DNA from: Nemertoderma westbladi
Taxonomy: Eukaryota > Animalia > Xenacoelomorpha
Length of the DNA: 34,933 nucleotides
Direction of reading: 5' to 3'
Assembly: GCA_032718475.1 (NCBI GenBank)
Contig: JAUCBJ010000257.1
Location: 1-34,933 of the forward strand
Shown here: in pieces, positions 1 through 10,667 of the stretch
Position numbering within the stretch: position 1 is the first letter of the stretch
Layout of the letters: each line of letters opens with the position of its first letter
Notes under the pieces: model-generated
What the model saw: only the letters and a program-made list of their open reading frames with translations
Databases searched by the model: none
What the model was told of the DNA's origin: nothing
Program-made: the position numbers and the translations under genes

Positions 1-321
1 TATCCTCAAGGTATCCATCACGATCCCATGGTAGAACTCAAACGACTCTATTTCACCATGATGTATCTTACCGCAGATCGTCCACTGCCTGTTGTCCCGG
101 ACAGTTTTGAACAAATGGAAGAGTATTGCAAAACTGGAGAACGATCACCCGCGTTTCCTCTGCAGGACGTACGTCTTTGGTATTATTGTGACTCATGTCC
201 TAGACCTAACCAGCAAACGGAAAGACATAAACATCCGCGGAGACGTTGTGCTAAACACAGTTTTACGCGTTATACTTACGGGAGTTTCGAGCGAAACCTG
301 TTCAATAGCACTATTATATAA
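1..321 (+). CDS. 3' part of a hypothetical protein with a possible C-terminal Zn-binding motif (CDSC-x16-CAKH); frame is open from the window edge
   Basis: Frame +1 is open from base 1 (YPQGIHHDPMVELKR...) to TAA at 319-321. Composition is complex and protein-like, unlike the flanking low-complexity DNA. No family recognised. Confidence 0.45.
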   Translation, partial: YPQGIHHDPMVELKRLYFTMMYLTADRPLPVVPDSFEQMEEYCKTGERSPAFPLQDVRLWYYCDSCPRPNQQTERHKHPRRRCAKHSFTRYTYGSFERNLFNSTII

Positions 322-395
322 TTTCTAAGTGGCTCTTTTTATTAAGAGCCCCACAATCAAATAATGGATGACTGACAGCAGACACCAGAGTCTGG

Positions 396-596
396 TTGCG
401 GGGGGTTGGTCTGGGTGCGGGCTGGGGTAGGGGTGGTTGGTGTTGGTGGTGGGAGGGGGGTTGGGCGGTAGTGGGGGTGTGGGTGTGGGTGTGAGTTTTG
501 GGATGGGGCGGGTGGGGTGGTGTTGGGGGGATGGGTGTTGGGGTTGGTGTTGGGGTGGGGAGATGCGTTTTGGGGCGGGGATGGGTGTGGTGGATG
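396..596 (+). repeat. G/T-rich low-complexity tract with G-quadruplex potential
   Basis: Many G3-G7 runs separated by short T/GT loops (ggggtagggtggttggtg..., ggggtggggtgg), with very few A or C. Confidence 0.8.
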
Positions 597-639
597 TGAA
601 TAAACTAAAAAATATATAGATAAATTTATTTTGTGTTTC

Positions 640-3600
640 TTTGAATGTCAGACTGTTGGCCCCCGCTGTCTGTTTTAGAGTATGTCTGTACTGTCAGTTA
701 GTTAGTTCTGTTAGTGTACTGTCTATGAATATCGATCCTGTCTCTGTCTGACTGTCGGTCCTATCTGACTGTCAGTCCTGTCTGTCTGTCTGTTGGCTAT
801 ATCTGTCTATCTGTTGGCCATGTCTGTCGGTCCTGTCTGTCTGTCTGACTATCGGTCCTGGCTAGTTATACAGAAAGACAGGACCTGACAGAACGCCAGT
901 CATACAGAGAGACAGGATTGCCAATTAGATAGACAGGCAGGGCCAACTGACCAGATAATCAGGAACGAAAGTCAGAAAGACAGTCACACAGACGGATAGG
1001 GCTGACAATCAGACACCCAAATGACTGATATTGTACTGTAGGAGGGGGGCGAAAGACAACTTTTGCAGGGGGGCGCATGATAATGCTGTGGCGCCACTAG
1101 AAACAGGAGTGACAGTCAGACAGAGAGACGAAAGTCAGACAATAGGCAGGATCTACATTCAGACAGAGACAGCATGTCTGTCTGTCTGACTATCTGACTG
1201 TATATAGGTCAATTTACTATTATAATATTCTCGGGTTATGCTAGTTGCTATATGTATATGTCTGTATAACTGGCGGTCTGTCTGTCTGTATAACCGGAGG
1301 TCCTGGTGTCTGCATTATCTGACTGTCAGACCTGGCTGACTGTCGGTGGGTGTCCTGACCATCAGACTGCAATAACTGTGTCTGACTGTAGGTCATGTCT
1401 GTCTGTCTGACTGTCAGTCAAACTCACTGTCGGTCCTGTCTATCTGAATGTAGGTCCTGACTGTCAGTCAGAATCACTATCGGTCCTGTCTGTCTGTCTG
1501 TCGATCGTGTCTGTAGTTACTAACATTGGCTATAATTTTCAAAAATACATGTTAATTAATTAAAGAAGCATCTATCGGTCCTGTCTGACTGTCGGTCCTG
1601 CCTGTCTGTAGGGTCCCTCTGTCATCCGGTTCTGTCTGGCTGACTGTCGGTCAATGGAGGTCCTGGTGTCTGCATTGTCTGAATGTCAGTCCTGTCTATC
1701 TCTCTGACTGTGTGTCTATCAGACTGTCGGTGGGTGTCCTTACTGTCTGACTGCCGATACTGTGTCCAGGTCATGTCCGTCTGTCTGACTGTCAGTCAGA
1801 CTCACTGTCGGTCCTGTCTATCTGTCTGAAAGTAGGTCCTAACTGTCAGTCAGTCGATCCTGTATTTCTGACTGTATATAGGTCCTGTCTGTCTCTCTGA
1901 ATGTTGATCTGTTGGTGTGAATGTAGTTCCTGTCGGACCTGTCTTTTCTGTCGGCCCTATCTGTCTGTCTGACTATCAGTCCTGTGGCTGTCTGATTGTC
2001 AATCCTGTCTAACTGCTGGTTCAGTCTGTCCATCGGCCCTGTCCTGCCTGGTAGTCCTGTCTCTCTGTATTATCTGACCGTTGGTCCGATCTGTCTGTGT
2101 GACTTTCAGTCCGGTGCGTCTGTCTGTCTGACTGTAGGCCTGTCTGTCTGACTATAGGCCTGTCTGTCTGACTGTAGGCCTGTCTGTCTGTATGACTGTC
2201 GGTCCCATCTGTGTGACTGTCGGTCATGTCGCTCCTACCTGTCTGACTGTCGATCCTGTGTTTCTGACAGTAGGTCCTGCCTGTCTCTCTGACTGTTGGT
2301 CTGTGGACTGTTGGTATGTCTATCTGACTGTCCTGCCTGTCTGTATTGTCTGACTGACAGTCCTGTCTATCTATCAGATTGTCTGTCTGTCTGTCGGTTG
2401 GTGTCCTGACTGTCTGTCGGTTGGTCTCCTGACTGTCTGACTGCCGATACTGTGTCTGACTTTTAGGTCCTGTCTATCTGACTGACTTTCAGTCAGACTC
2501 ACTATCAGTCATGTCTTATCTGCCTGAATGTCGGTCCTAACTAGTCAGACACACTATCAGCCCTGTCTGTCTGTATGACTGCCGGTCATGTCTGTCTGTT
2601 TATGTCATGATCGTGTCTGTAGTTAGTAACATTGGCTATAATTTTCAAAAAAACATGTCAATTAATTAAAGACGCGCCCTGTCGGACCTGTCTGACTGTC
2701 GGTCCGGCCTGTCTGTAGGTTCACCCTGTCGTCGGTTCTGTCTGTCGGTTCTATCTGTCTGTCGCTTCTATCTGTCTGTCGGTTCTGTCTGTCTGTCGGT
2801 TCTGTCTGCCTGTTCTGTCTGTCGGTTCCATGTGTCTGTTCTATTCTGTCGGTTCTGTCTGTGGGTTCTGTCTGTCGGTGCTATCTATCTGTCGGTTCTG
2901 TCTGTCGGTGCTGTCTGTCTGTTGGTTCTGTTGTAGGTTCTGTCTGTCGGTTATGTCTGTGTGTAGGTTATGTCTGTCTGTCTGTCTGATTGCCAATCAG
3001 AATATCTATTGGTCATCTGTCTGACTGTCGGTCCTGTCTGTCTGTTTGACTCAGTCCTGTCCGTCTGAGTGTATGACCTGTCTATCTGTCCTGTGGCTGT
3101 CTGACTGTCGGACCTCTCTGACTGTATTTATGTCTGTCTCCATGTCTGTCTGTCTGACTACCAGTCATGTGGCTGTGTGATTGTCAATCCTGTCTGAGTA
3201 GCGGTCATGTCGGTCTGTTTATCGGCCCGTCTGTCTGTCTCACTGTCGATCTTGTCTGACTGGCAGTTCTTACTGTCGGTGGGTGTCCAGACTGTCTGAT
3301 TGTCGATACATGGGTCTGACTCTAGCTTCTGTTTGTCTGTCTAACTGTCAACTCACCATCGGTCCTGTGTATCTGTCAGACTCTCGGTCCTGTCTACGTC
3401 TTACTGTACTTCCTGTCTGTATTAATGTCATTCCTGTCTCTGTCTGATTGTAGGTGCCGTCTCTCTGTCCAACTGTTCGTCTGTCTGTCTGTCCGACTGT
3501 TGGTCTGCCTCTCTGACTATATACCCCTGGCTATCTGACTATCGATCCTGTCTGACTCTCAGTCCTGTCTACTGTCTCATTATCGGTTCTTTCTGTCTGT

Positions 3601-4150
3601 ATTGTATCATTGCCGGTCCTGTCTATATATCTGACTGTCGGTCCTGCCTGTGTGACTGGCAGTCCTGTTTGTCTGAATTGTTGGACTGTCAGTCCTATCT
3701 ACTGTCTGACTTCCAGTCCTGTCGTCTGTCTGTCCTGTCTACTGTCTGACTTCGAGTCCTGTCGTCTGTCTGTCCTGTCTTACTGTCTGTCTCACTGTAC
3801 GTCTCATCTTCATTCCTGAATATCTGTTTGACTGACTGGCTATCTGACCGTCGGTCCTGTCTTGTCTGTCAGACCGCCGGCCCTGTCTGTCTGTATGACT
3901 ATCGGTTCTGTCTGTCTGTATGACTGTCGGTTCTGTCTGTCTGACCTGCCCTGTCCGTCCGTCTGAATGTTGATCCTGTGCATTTGTCTGAAAGTCGTGT
4001 GATGTGCACCTATCTTACTGTGATCGATCCTGTCTATCTGATAGATTGTCGGTGCTGTCCATTTGTGTGACTGTCGGTCTCTATAACTGACCGCTCCTGT
4101 CCGTTTGTCTGACAGTCGGTCCTATCCTCTGTCTGACTATACTGCGTGTC
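640..4150 (+). repeat. Degenerate (TCTG/GACA)n microsatellite-derived field
   Basis: Dominated by tgtctgtctgactgtcggtcc variants. It is repeated at 5818-9145 and 10814-14140. ORFs here are artefacts rich in C/L/S/V or D/R/Q/T. Confidence 0.9.
866..1174 (-). repeat. Inverted segment of the TCTG field (GACA-rich on the + strand), with a possible MITE-end remnant at ~1040-1099
   Basis: Strand bias flips (cagaaagacaggacc..., gacagtcagacagag). It contains ggggggcgcatgataatgctgtggcgccacta, whose reverse complement TAGTGGCGCC resembles CAGTGGCG-type TIRs. Confidence 0.6.
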
Positions 4151-4337
4151 GGATCACTAACATCAAATTAAAAACAGAGATTCCAGCATTTTAATAAATA
4201 TGTAAAATTACTATTATAACATTCTCGGAATATGCTAGTTTATATATGCATTGATAAATATATATTTGTAATGTTGTATAATAAAAAAGCAAAACATAAG
4301 TACACAAATAATTTAATATAATTAGCATAAAACTCAC

Positions 4338-4792
4338 CATTGATGGGACCCCGCCCGATGCTGAAGGCTGCGGAATGGCACTAGAAGGGCGAGTTGGCCA
4401 GCCGGCGGGCGGGGTGTCGATGGGCCTGGTGCTCTACTACGCGAAGTTCCGGGTGACGCACTGGGTGCGTGTCGCGTTGCACAAGGCGCAGTGGGCAACA
4501 CTCCAGGTACGGAACTTGGAGTGTTAACAACTGCTGTGCTCGATTTATCGCCGGATGGACAAGGTATTGAGTTAAGTCCAACATCCGGTGTTGGACTTGA
4601 TATACTATCCCTTCGTGATAAAACAACGTAGGGAGACAGACGCCGCGACATAAATCGGGGTGGAGTATCCTTGCCAGACTTAGAATTAAGCCGGCGAATA
4701 GAGTCCTCGTCGAACCGAAATACGGGAGAATCTGTGCGAGGACTCATAGTTGGGGTGGAGAAAGGGGTACAGGTTCCTGAACCAGTTGGATC
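4338..4792 (-). CDS. Putative internal coding exon A (455 nt, phase 0 to 2), Ser/Pro/Thr-rich and likely disordered; copy 1
   Basis: A GC-rich island in AT-rich DNA, bounded on the minus strand by tattttAG|GAT and TG|GTGAGTT. It is open for 151 codons (DPTGSGTCTPFSTPTMSPRTDSPVFRFDEDSIRRL...); the other two minus frames contain stops. Confidence 0.6.
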
Positions 4793-5031
4793 CTAAAATA
4801 AAGATACAATTTAAAACACATAGTACTTAGAAAATAAACAATAATACCGTACTATTTATCAGCTGTACATCATGTAATAGGTCGATTGTTGCAGCGGCTG
4901 TGTTCATTGAAATTAATTAGTGTCAAAAAAATAAAAAATAAATATTGTTAAAAATATAAAAATAAAATAATAAGTTTAAAATAAATAAATGTTATTTTTC
5001 TACCAGTTTTTAACTATTTAACTCAACTCAC

Positions 5032-5352
5032 CCCAATTACACGACCCCCTCGCTACCGTCGTGGACGAATGCTAATTGGTTTTGGACGACGGGATCGAGT
5101 GCGAGGGGGGGTCTCCGCCGCGGACATCTCTGAGAATGGTGCTACGATGTCTGGCGTCGAGAAGCCAGGGGAAACACCCACGAGAGGAGAAAACATGGGG
5201 GTAGACCCTGCCAATGATGAGAAGGCAGGACTAGGACTCTCTTCTCGAGGGGAGAATGAAGGTAGCACCAACGGTGAGAGGTTAGGGAGCATGCAGGTGG
5301 GTCCCAAAAGGATACGAGATCGTAACGAATCTATTGGTGATACGTTGGTATC
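5032..5352 (-). pseudogene. Putative coding exon B (321 nt, phase 0 to 0), Ser/Pro-rich, with an in-frame TAG at 5053-5055; copy 1
   Basis: Bounded by ttttccctttAG|GAT and GGG|GTGAGTT. It reads DTNVSPIDSLRSRILLGPTCMLPNLSPLVLPSFSPREESP...RPRR*RGGRVIG. Substitutions between copies are mostly synonymous in this frame. Confidence 0.55.
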
Positions 5353-5421
5353 CTAAAGGGAAAAATATTTAAATGAGCATTGCCATTTTATGATTATCAA
5401 TGTGGTATTGTAGTTCATTCT

Positions 5422-5671
5422 GTACATGGATACAAGGGTGTGGTACATGGATACAAAGGTGTGGTACATGGATACAAGGGTGTGGTACATGGATACAAGG
5501 GTGTGGTACATGGATACAAGGGTGTGGTACATGGATACAAGGGTGTGGTACATGGATACAAGGGTGTGGTACATGGGTACATGGGTGTGGTACATGGGTA
5601 CATGGGTGTGGTACATGGGTACATGGGTGTGGTACATGGGTACATGGGTGTGGTACATGGGTGTAGTACAT
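5422..5671 (+). repeat. 21-bp minisatellite: 7x gtacatggatacaagggtgtg, then 4x gtacatgggtacatgggtgtg, then a partial unit
   Basis: Directly visible. The unit has no stop codon in any of the six frames, which explains the six overlapping ORFs. Confidence 0.95.
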
Positions 5672-8600
5672 AACAATCCAGACCAAAACTTCTTTTGAAA
5701 TTGGATCGTGACGTAAAATGGTTAAATAAATTAATCCAATGTCAAGAAATAAAAATATGGATGTTGGACGGATAATATTGGATGTTGGACAAATCGCGTT
5801 CCATGTCCTTATTTCTCTGTCTGTCTGACTATCAGTCCTGTGGCTGTCTGATTGTCAATCCTGTCTAACTGCTTGTTCTGTCTGTCCATCGGCCCTGTCC
5901 TGCCTGGTAGTCCTGTCTCTCTGTATTATCTGACCGTTGGTCCGATCTGTCTGCGTGACTTTCAGTCCTGTGCGTCTGTCTGTCTGACTGTAGGCCTCTC
6001 TGTCTGACTATAGGCCTGTCTGTCTGACTGTAGGCCTGTCTGTCTGTATGACTGTCGGTCCCATCTGTGTGACTGTCGGTCATGTCGCTCCTACCTGTCT
6101 GACTGTCGATCCTGTGTTTCTGACAGTAAGTCCTGCCTGTCTCTCTGACTGTTGGTCTGTGGACTGTTGGTATGTCTATCTGACTGTCCTGTCTGTCTGT
6201 ATTGTCTGACTGACAGTCCAGTCTATCTATCAGATTGTCTGTCTGTCTGTCGGTTGGTGTCCTGACTGTCTGTCGGTTGGTCTCCTGACTGTCTGACTGC
6301 CGATACTGTGTCTGACTTTTAGGTCCTGTCTATCTGACTGACTTTCAGTCTGACTGTAGGTCATGTCTGTCTGTCTGACTGTCAGTCAAACTCACTGTCG
6401 GTCCTGTCTATCTGAATGTAGGTCCTGACTGTCAGTCAGAATCACTATCGGTCCTGTCTGTCTGTCTGTCGATCGTGTCTGTAGTTACTAACATTGGCTA
6501 TAATTTTCAAAAATACATGTTAATTAATTAAAGAAGCATCTATCGGTCCTGTCTGACTGTCGGTCCTGCCTGTCTGTAGGGGCCCTCTGTCATCCGGTTC
6601 TGTCTGGCTGACTGTCGGTCAATGGAGGTCCTGGTGTCTGCATTGTCTGAATGTCAGTCCTGTCTATCTCTCTGACTGTGTGTCTATCAGACTGTCGGTG
6701 GGTGTCCTTACTGTCTGACTGCCGATACTGTGTCCAGGTCATGTCCGTCTGTCTGACTGTCAGTCAGACTCACTGTCGGTCCTGTCTATCTGTCTGAAAG
6801 TAGGTCCTAACTGTCAGTCAGTCGATCCTGTATTTCTGACTGTATATAGGTCCTGTCTGTCTCTCTGAATGTTGATCTGTCTGTCTGACTGTTGGTGTGA
6901 ATGTCGTTCCTGTCGGACCTGTCTTTTCTGTCGGCCCTATCTGTCTGTCTGACTATCAGTCCTGTGGCTGTCTGATTGTCAATCCTGTCTAACTGCTTGT
7001 TCTGTCTGTCCATCGGCCCTGTCCTGCCTGGTACTCCTGTCTCTCTGTATTATCTGACCGTTGGTCCGATCTGTCTGTGTGACTTTCAGTCCTGTGCGTC
7101 TGTCTGTCTGACTGTAGGCCTCTCTGTCTGACTATAGGCCTGTCTGTCTGACTGTAGGCCTGTCTGTCTGTATGACTGTCGGTCCCATCTGTGTGACTGT
7201 CGGTCATGTCGCTCCTACCTGTCTGACTGTCGATCCTGTGTTTCTGACAGTAGGTCCTGCCTGTCTCTCTGACTGTTGGTCTGTGGACTGTTGGTATGTC
7301 TATCTGACTGTCCTGTCTGTCTGTATTGTCTGACTGACAGTCCTGTCTATCTATCAGATTGTCTGTCTGTCTGTCGGTTGGTGTCCTGACTGTCTGTCGG
7401 TTGGTCTCCTGACTGTCTGACTGCCGATACTGTGTCTGACTGTTAGGTCCTGTCTATCTGACTGACTTTCAGTCAGACTCACTATCAGTCATGTCTTATC
7501 TGCCTGAATGTCGGTCCTAACTAGTCAGACACACTATCAGCCCTGTCTGTCTGTATGACTGCCGGTCATGTCTGTCTGTTTATGTCATGATCGTGTCTGT
7601 AGTTAGTAACATTGGCTATAATTTTCAAAAAAACATGTCAATTAATTAAAGAAGCGCCCTGTCGGACCTGTCTGACTGTCGGTCCGGCCTGTCTGTAGGT
7701 TCACCCTGTCTGTCTGTTCTGTCTGTCGGTTCTATCTGTCTGTCGCTTCTATCTGTCTGTCGGTTCTGTCTGTCTGTCGGTTCTGTCTGTCTGTCGGTTC
7801 TGTCTGTCGGTTCCATGTGTCGGTTCTATTCTGTCGGTTCTGTCTGTGGGTTCTGTCTGTCGGTGCTATCTATCTGTCGGTTCTGTCTGTCGGTGCTGTC
7901 TGTCTGTTGGTTCTGTTGTAGGTTCTGTCTGTCGGTTATGTCTGTGTGTAGGTTATGTCTGTCTCTCTGTCTGATTGCCAATCAGAATATCTATTGGTCA
8001 TCTGTCTGACTGTCGGTCCTGTCTGTCTGTTTGACTCAGTCCTGTCCGTCTGAGTGTATGACCTGTCTATCTGTCCTGTGGCTGTCTGACTGTCGGTCCT
8101 GTCGGACCTCTCTGACTGTATTTATGTCTGTCTCCATGTCTGTCTGTCTGACTACAAGTCATGTGGCTGTGTGATTGTCAATCCTGTCTGAGTAGCGGTC
8201 ATGTCGGTCTGTTTATCGGCCCGTCTGTCTGTCTGACTGTCGATCTTGTCTGACTGGCAGTTCTTACTGTTGGTGGGTGTCCAGACTGTCTGATTGTCGA
8301 TACATGGGTCTGACTCTAGGTTCTGTTTGTCTGTCTAACTGTCAACTCACCATCGGTCCTGTGTATCTGTCAGACTCTCGGTCCTGTCTACGTCTTACTG
8401 TACGTCCTGTCTGTGTGAATGTCATTCCTGTCTCTGTCTGATTGTAGGTGCCGTCTCTCTGTCCAACTGTTCGTCTGTCTGTCTGTCCGACTGTTGGTCT
8501 GCCTCTCTGACTATATACCCCTGGCTATCTGACTATCGATGCTGTCTGACTCTCAGTCCTGTCTACTGTCTCATTATCGGTTCTTTCTGTCTGTATTGTA

Positions 8601-9332
8601 TCATTGCCGGTCCTGTCTATATATCTGACTGTCGGTCCTGCCTGTGTGACTGGCAGTCCTGTTTGTCTGAATTGTTGGACTGTCAGTCCTATCTACTGTC
8701 TGACTTCCAGTCCTGTCGTCTGTCTGTCCTGTCTACTGTCTGACTTCGAGTCCTGTCGTCTGTCTGTCCTGTCTTACTGTCTGTCTCACTGTACGTCTCA
8801 TCTTCATTCCTGAATATCTGTTTGACTGACTGGCTATCTGACCGTCGGTCCTGTCTTGTCTGTCAGACCGCCGGCCCTGTCTGTCTGTATGACTATCGGT
8901 TCTGTCTGTCTGTATGACTGTCGGTTCTGTCTGTCTGACCTGCCCTGTCCGTCCGTCTGAATGTTGATCCTGTGCATTTGTCTGAAAGTCGTGTGATGTG
9001 CACCTATCTTACTGTGATCGATCCTGTCAAATCTGATAGATTGTCGGTGCTGTCCATTTGTGTGACTGTCGGTCTCTATAACTGACCGCTCCTGTCCGTT
9101 TGTCTGACAGTCGGTCCTATCCTCTGTCTGACTATACTGCGTGTCGGATCACTAACATCAAATTAAAAACAGAGATTCCAGCATTTTAATAAATATGTAA
9201 AATTACTATTATAACATTCTCGGAATATGCTAGTTTATATATGCATTGATAAATATATATTTGTAATGTTGTATAATAAAAAAGCAAAACATAAGTACAC
9301 AAATAATTTAATATAATTAGCATAAAACTCAC

Positions 9333-9787
9333 CATTGATGGGACCCCGCCCGATGCTGAAGGCTGCGGAATGGCACTAGAAGGGCGAGTTGGCCAGCCGG
9401 CGGGCGGGGTGTCGATGGGCCTGGTGCTCTACTACGCGAAGTTCCGGGTGACGCACTGGGTGCGTGTCGCGTTGCACAAGGCGCAGTGGGCAACACTCCA
9501 GGTACGGAACTTGGAGTGTTAACAACTGCTGTGCTCGATTTATCGCCGGATGGACAAGGTATTGAGTTAAGTCCAACATCCGGTGTTGGACTTGATATAC
9601 TATCCCTGCGTGATAAAACAACGTAGGGAGACAGACGCCGCGACATAAATCGGGGTGGAGTATCCTTGCCAGACTTAGAATTAAGCCGGCGAATAGAGTC
9701 CTCGTCGAACCGAAATACGGGAGAATCTGTGCGAGGACTCATAGTTGGGGTGGAGAAAGGGGTACAGGTTCCTGAACCAGTTGGATC
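9333..9787 (-). CDS. Exon A, copy 2
   Basis: Same splice signals as copy 1, with one synonymous difference (CGA>CGC, Arg). Confidence 0.58.
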
Positions 9788-10026
9788 CTAAAATAAAGAT
9801 ACAATTTAAAACACATAGTACTTAGAAAATAAACAATAATACCGTACTATTTATCAGCTGTACATCATGTAATAGGTCGATTGTTGCAGCGGCTGTGTTC
9901 ATTGAAATTAATTAGTGTCAAAAAAATAAAAAATAAATATTGTTAAAAATATAAAAATAAAATAATAAGTTTAAAATAAATAAATGTTATTTTTCTACCA
10001 GTTTTTAACTATTTAACTCAACTCAC

Positions 10027-10348
10027 CCCAATTACACGACCCCCTCGCTACTCGTCGTGGACGAATGCTAATCGGTTTTGGACGACGGGATCGAGTGCGA
10101 GGAGGGGTCTCCACCGCGGACATCTCTGAGAATGGTGCTACGATGTCTGGCGTCGAGAAGCCAGGGGAAACACCCACGAGAGGAGAAAACGTGGGGGTAG
10201 ACCCCGCCAATGATGAGAAGGCAGGACTAGGACTCTCTTCTCGAGGGGAGAATGAAGGCAGCACCAAAGGTGAGAGGTTAGGGAGCATGCAGGTGGGTCC
10301 CAAAAGGATACGAGATCGTAACGAATCTATTGGTGATACGTTGGTATC
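10027..10348 (-). pseudogene. Exon B, copy 2 (322 nt); a +1 insertion removes the TAG but shifts the exit phase
   Basis: cgctactcgtcg here versus cgctaccgtcg in copies 1 and 3. It reads ...RPRRVARGSCNW up to the same GTGAGT donor. Confidence 0.55.
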
Positions 10349-10417
10349 CTAAAGGGAAAAATATTTAAATGAGCATTGCCATTTTATGATTATCAATGTG
10401 GTATTGTAGTTCATTCT

Positions 10418-10667
10418 GTACATGGATACAAGGGTGTGGTACATGGATACAAAGGTGTGGTACATGGATACAAGGGTGTGGTACATGGATACAAGGGTGT
10501 GGTACATGGATACAAGGGTGTGGTACATGGATACAAGGGTGTGGTACATGGATACAAGGGTGTGGTACATGGGTACATGGGTGTGGTACATGGGTACATG
10601 GGTGTGGTACATGGGTACATGGGTGTGGTACATGGGTACATGGGTGTGGTACATGGGTGTAGTACAT
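10418..10667 (+). repeat. 21-bp minisatellite, copy 2
   Basis: Same 7+4 structure as 5422-5671. Confidence 0.95.

Noticed and set aside
331-350. Histone mRNA 3' stem-loop
   Set aside because: The stem GGCTCT/AGAGCC matches, but the loop is 8 nt instead of 4 and the upstream ORF is not a histone.
396-619. Gly-rich ORF or telomeric repeat
   Set aside because: The G/T tract is irregular, with no fixed telomere unit such as TTAGGG or TTAGG, and the ORF is a low-complexity artefact.
1839-3819. Short ORFs in the TCTG field and their copies
   Set aside because: They are translations of degenerate (TCTG)n/(CAGA)n, giving CLSV or DRQT patterns.
5069-5356. Plus-strand 95-aa ORF (MLIGFGRRDR...)
   Set aside because: It is the antisense shadow of exon B. 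Splice signals at both island edges are on the minus strand, and the substitutions fit the minus frame slightly better (5 versus 4 synonymous out of 7).
5353-5698. Six overlapping repeat-protein ORFs (also at 10349-10694 and 15344-15689)
   Set aside because: They are a by-product of a stop-free 21-bp minisatellite. All six frames are equally open and none is favoured.
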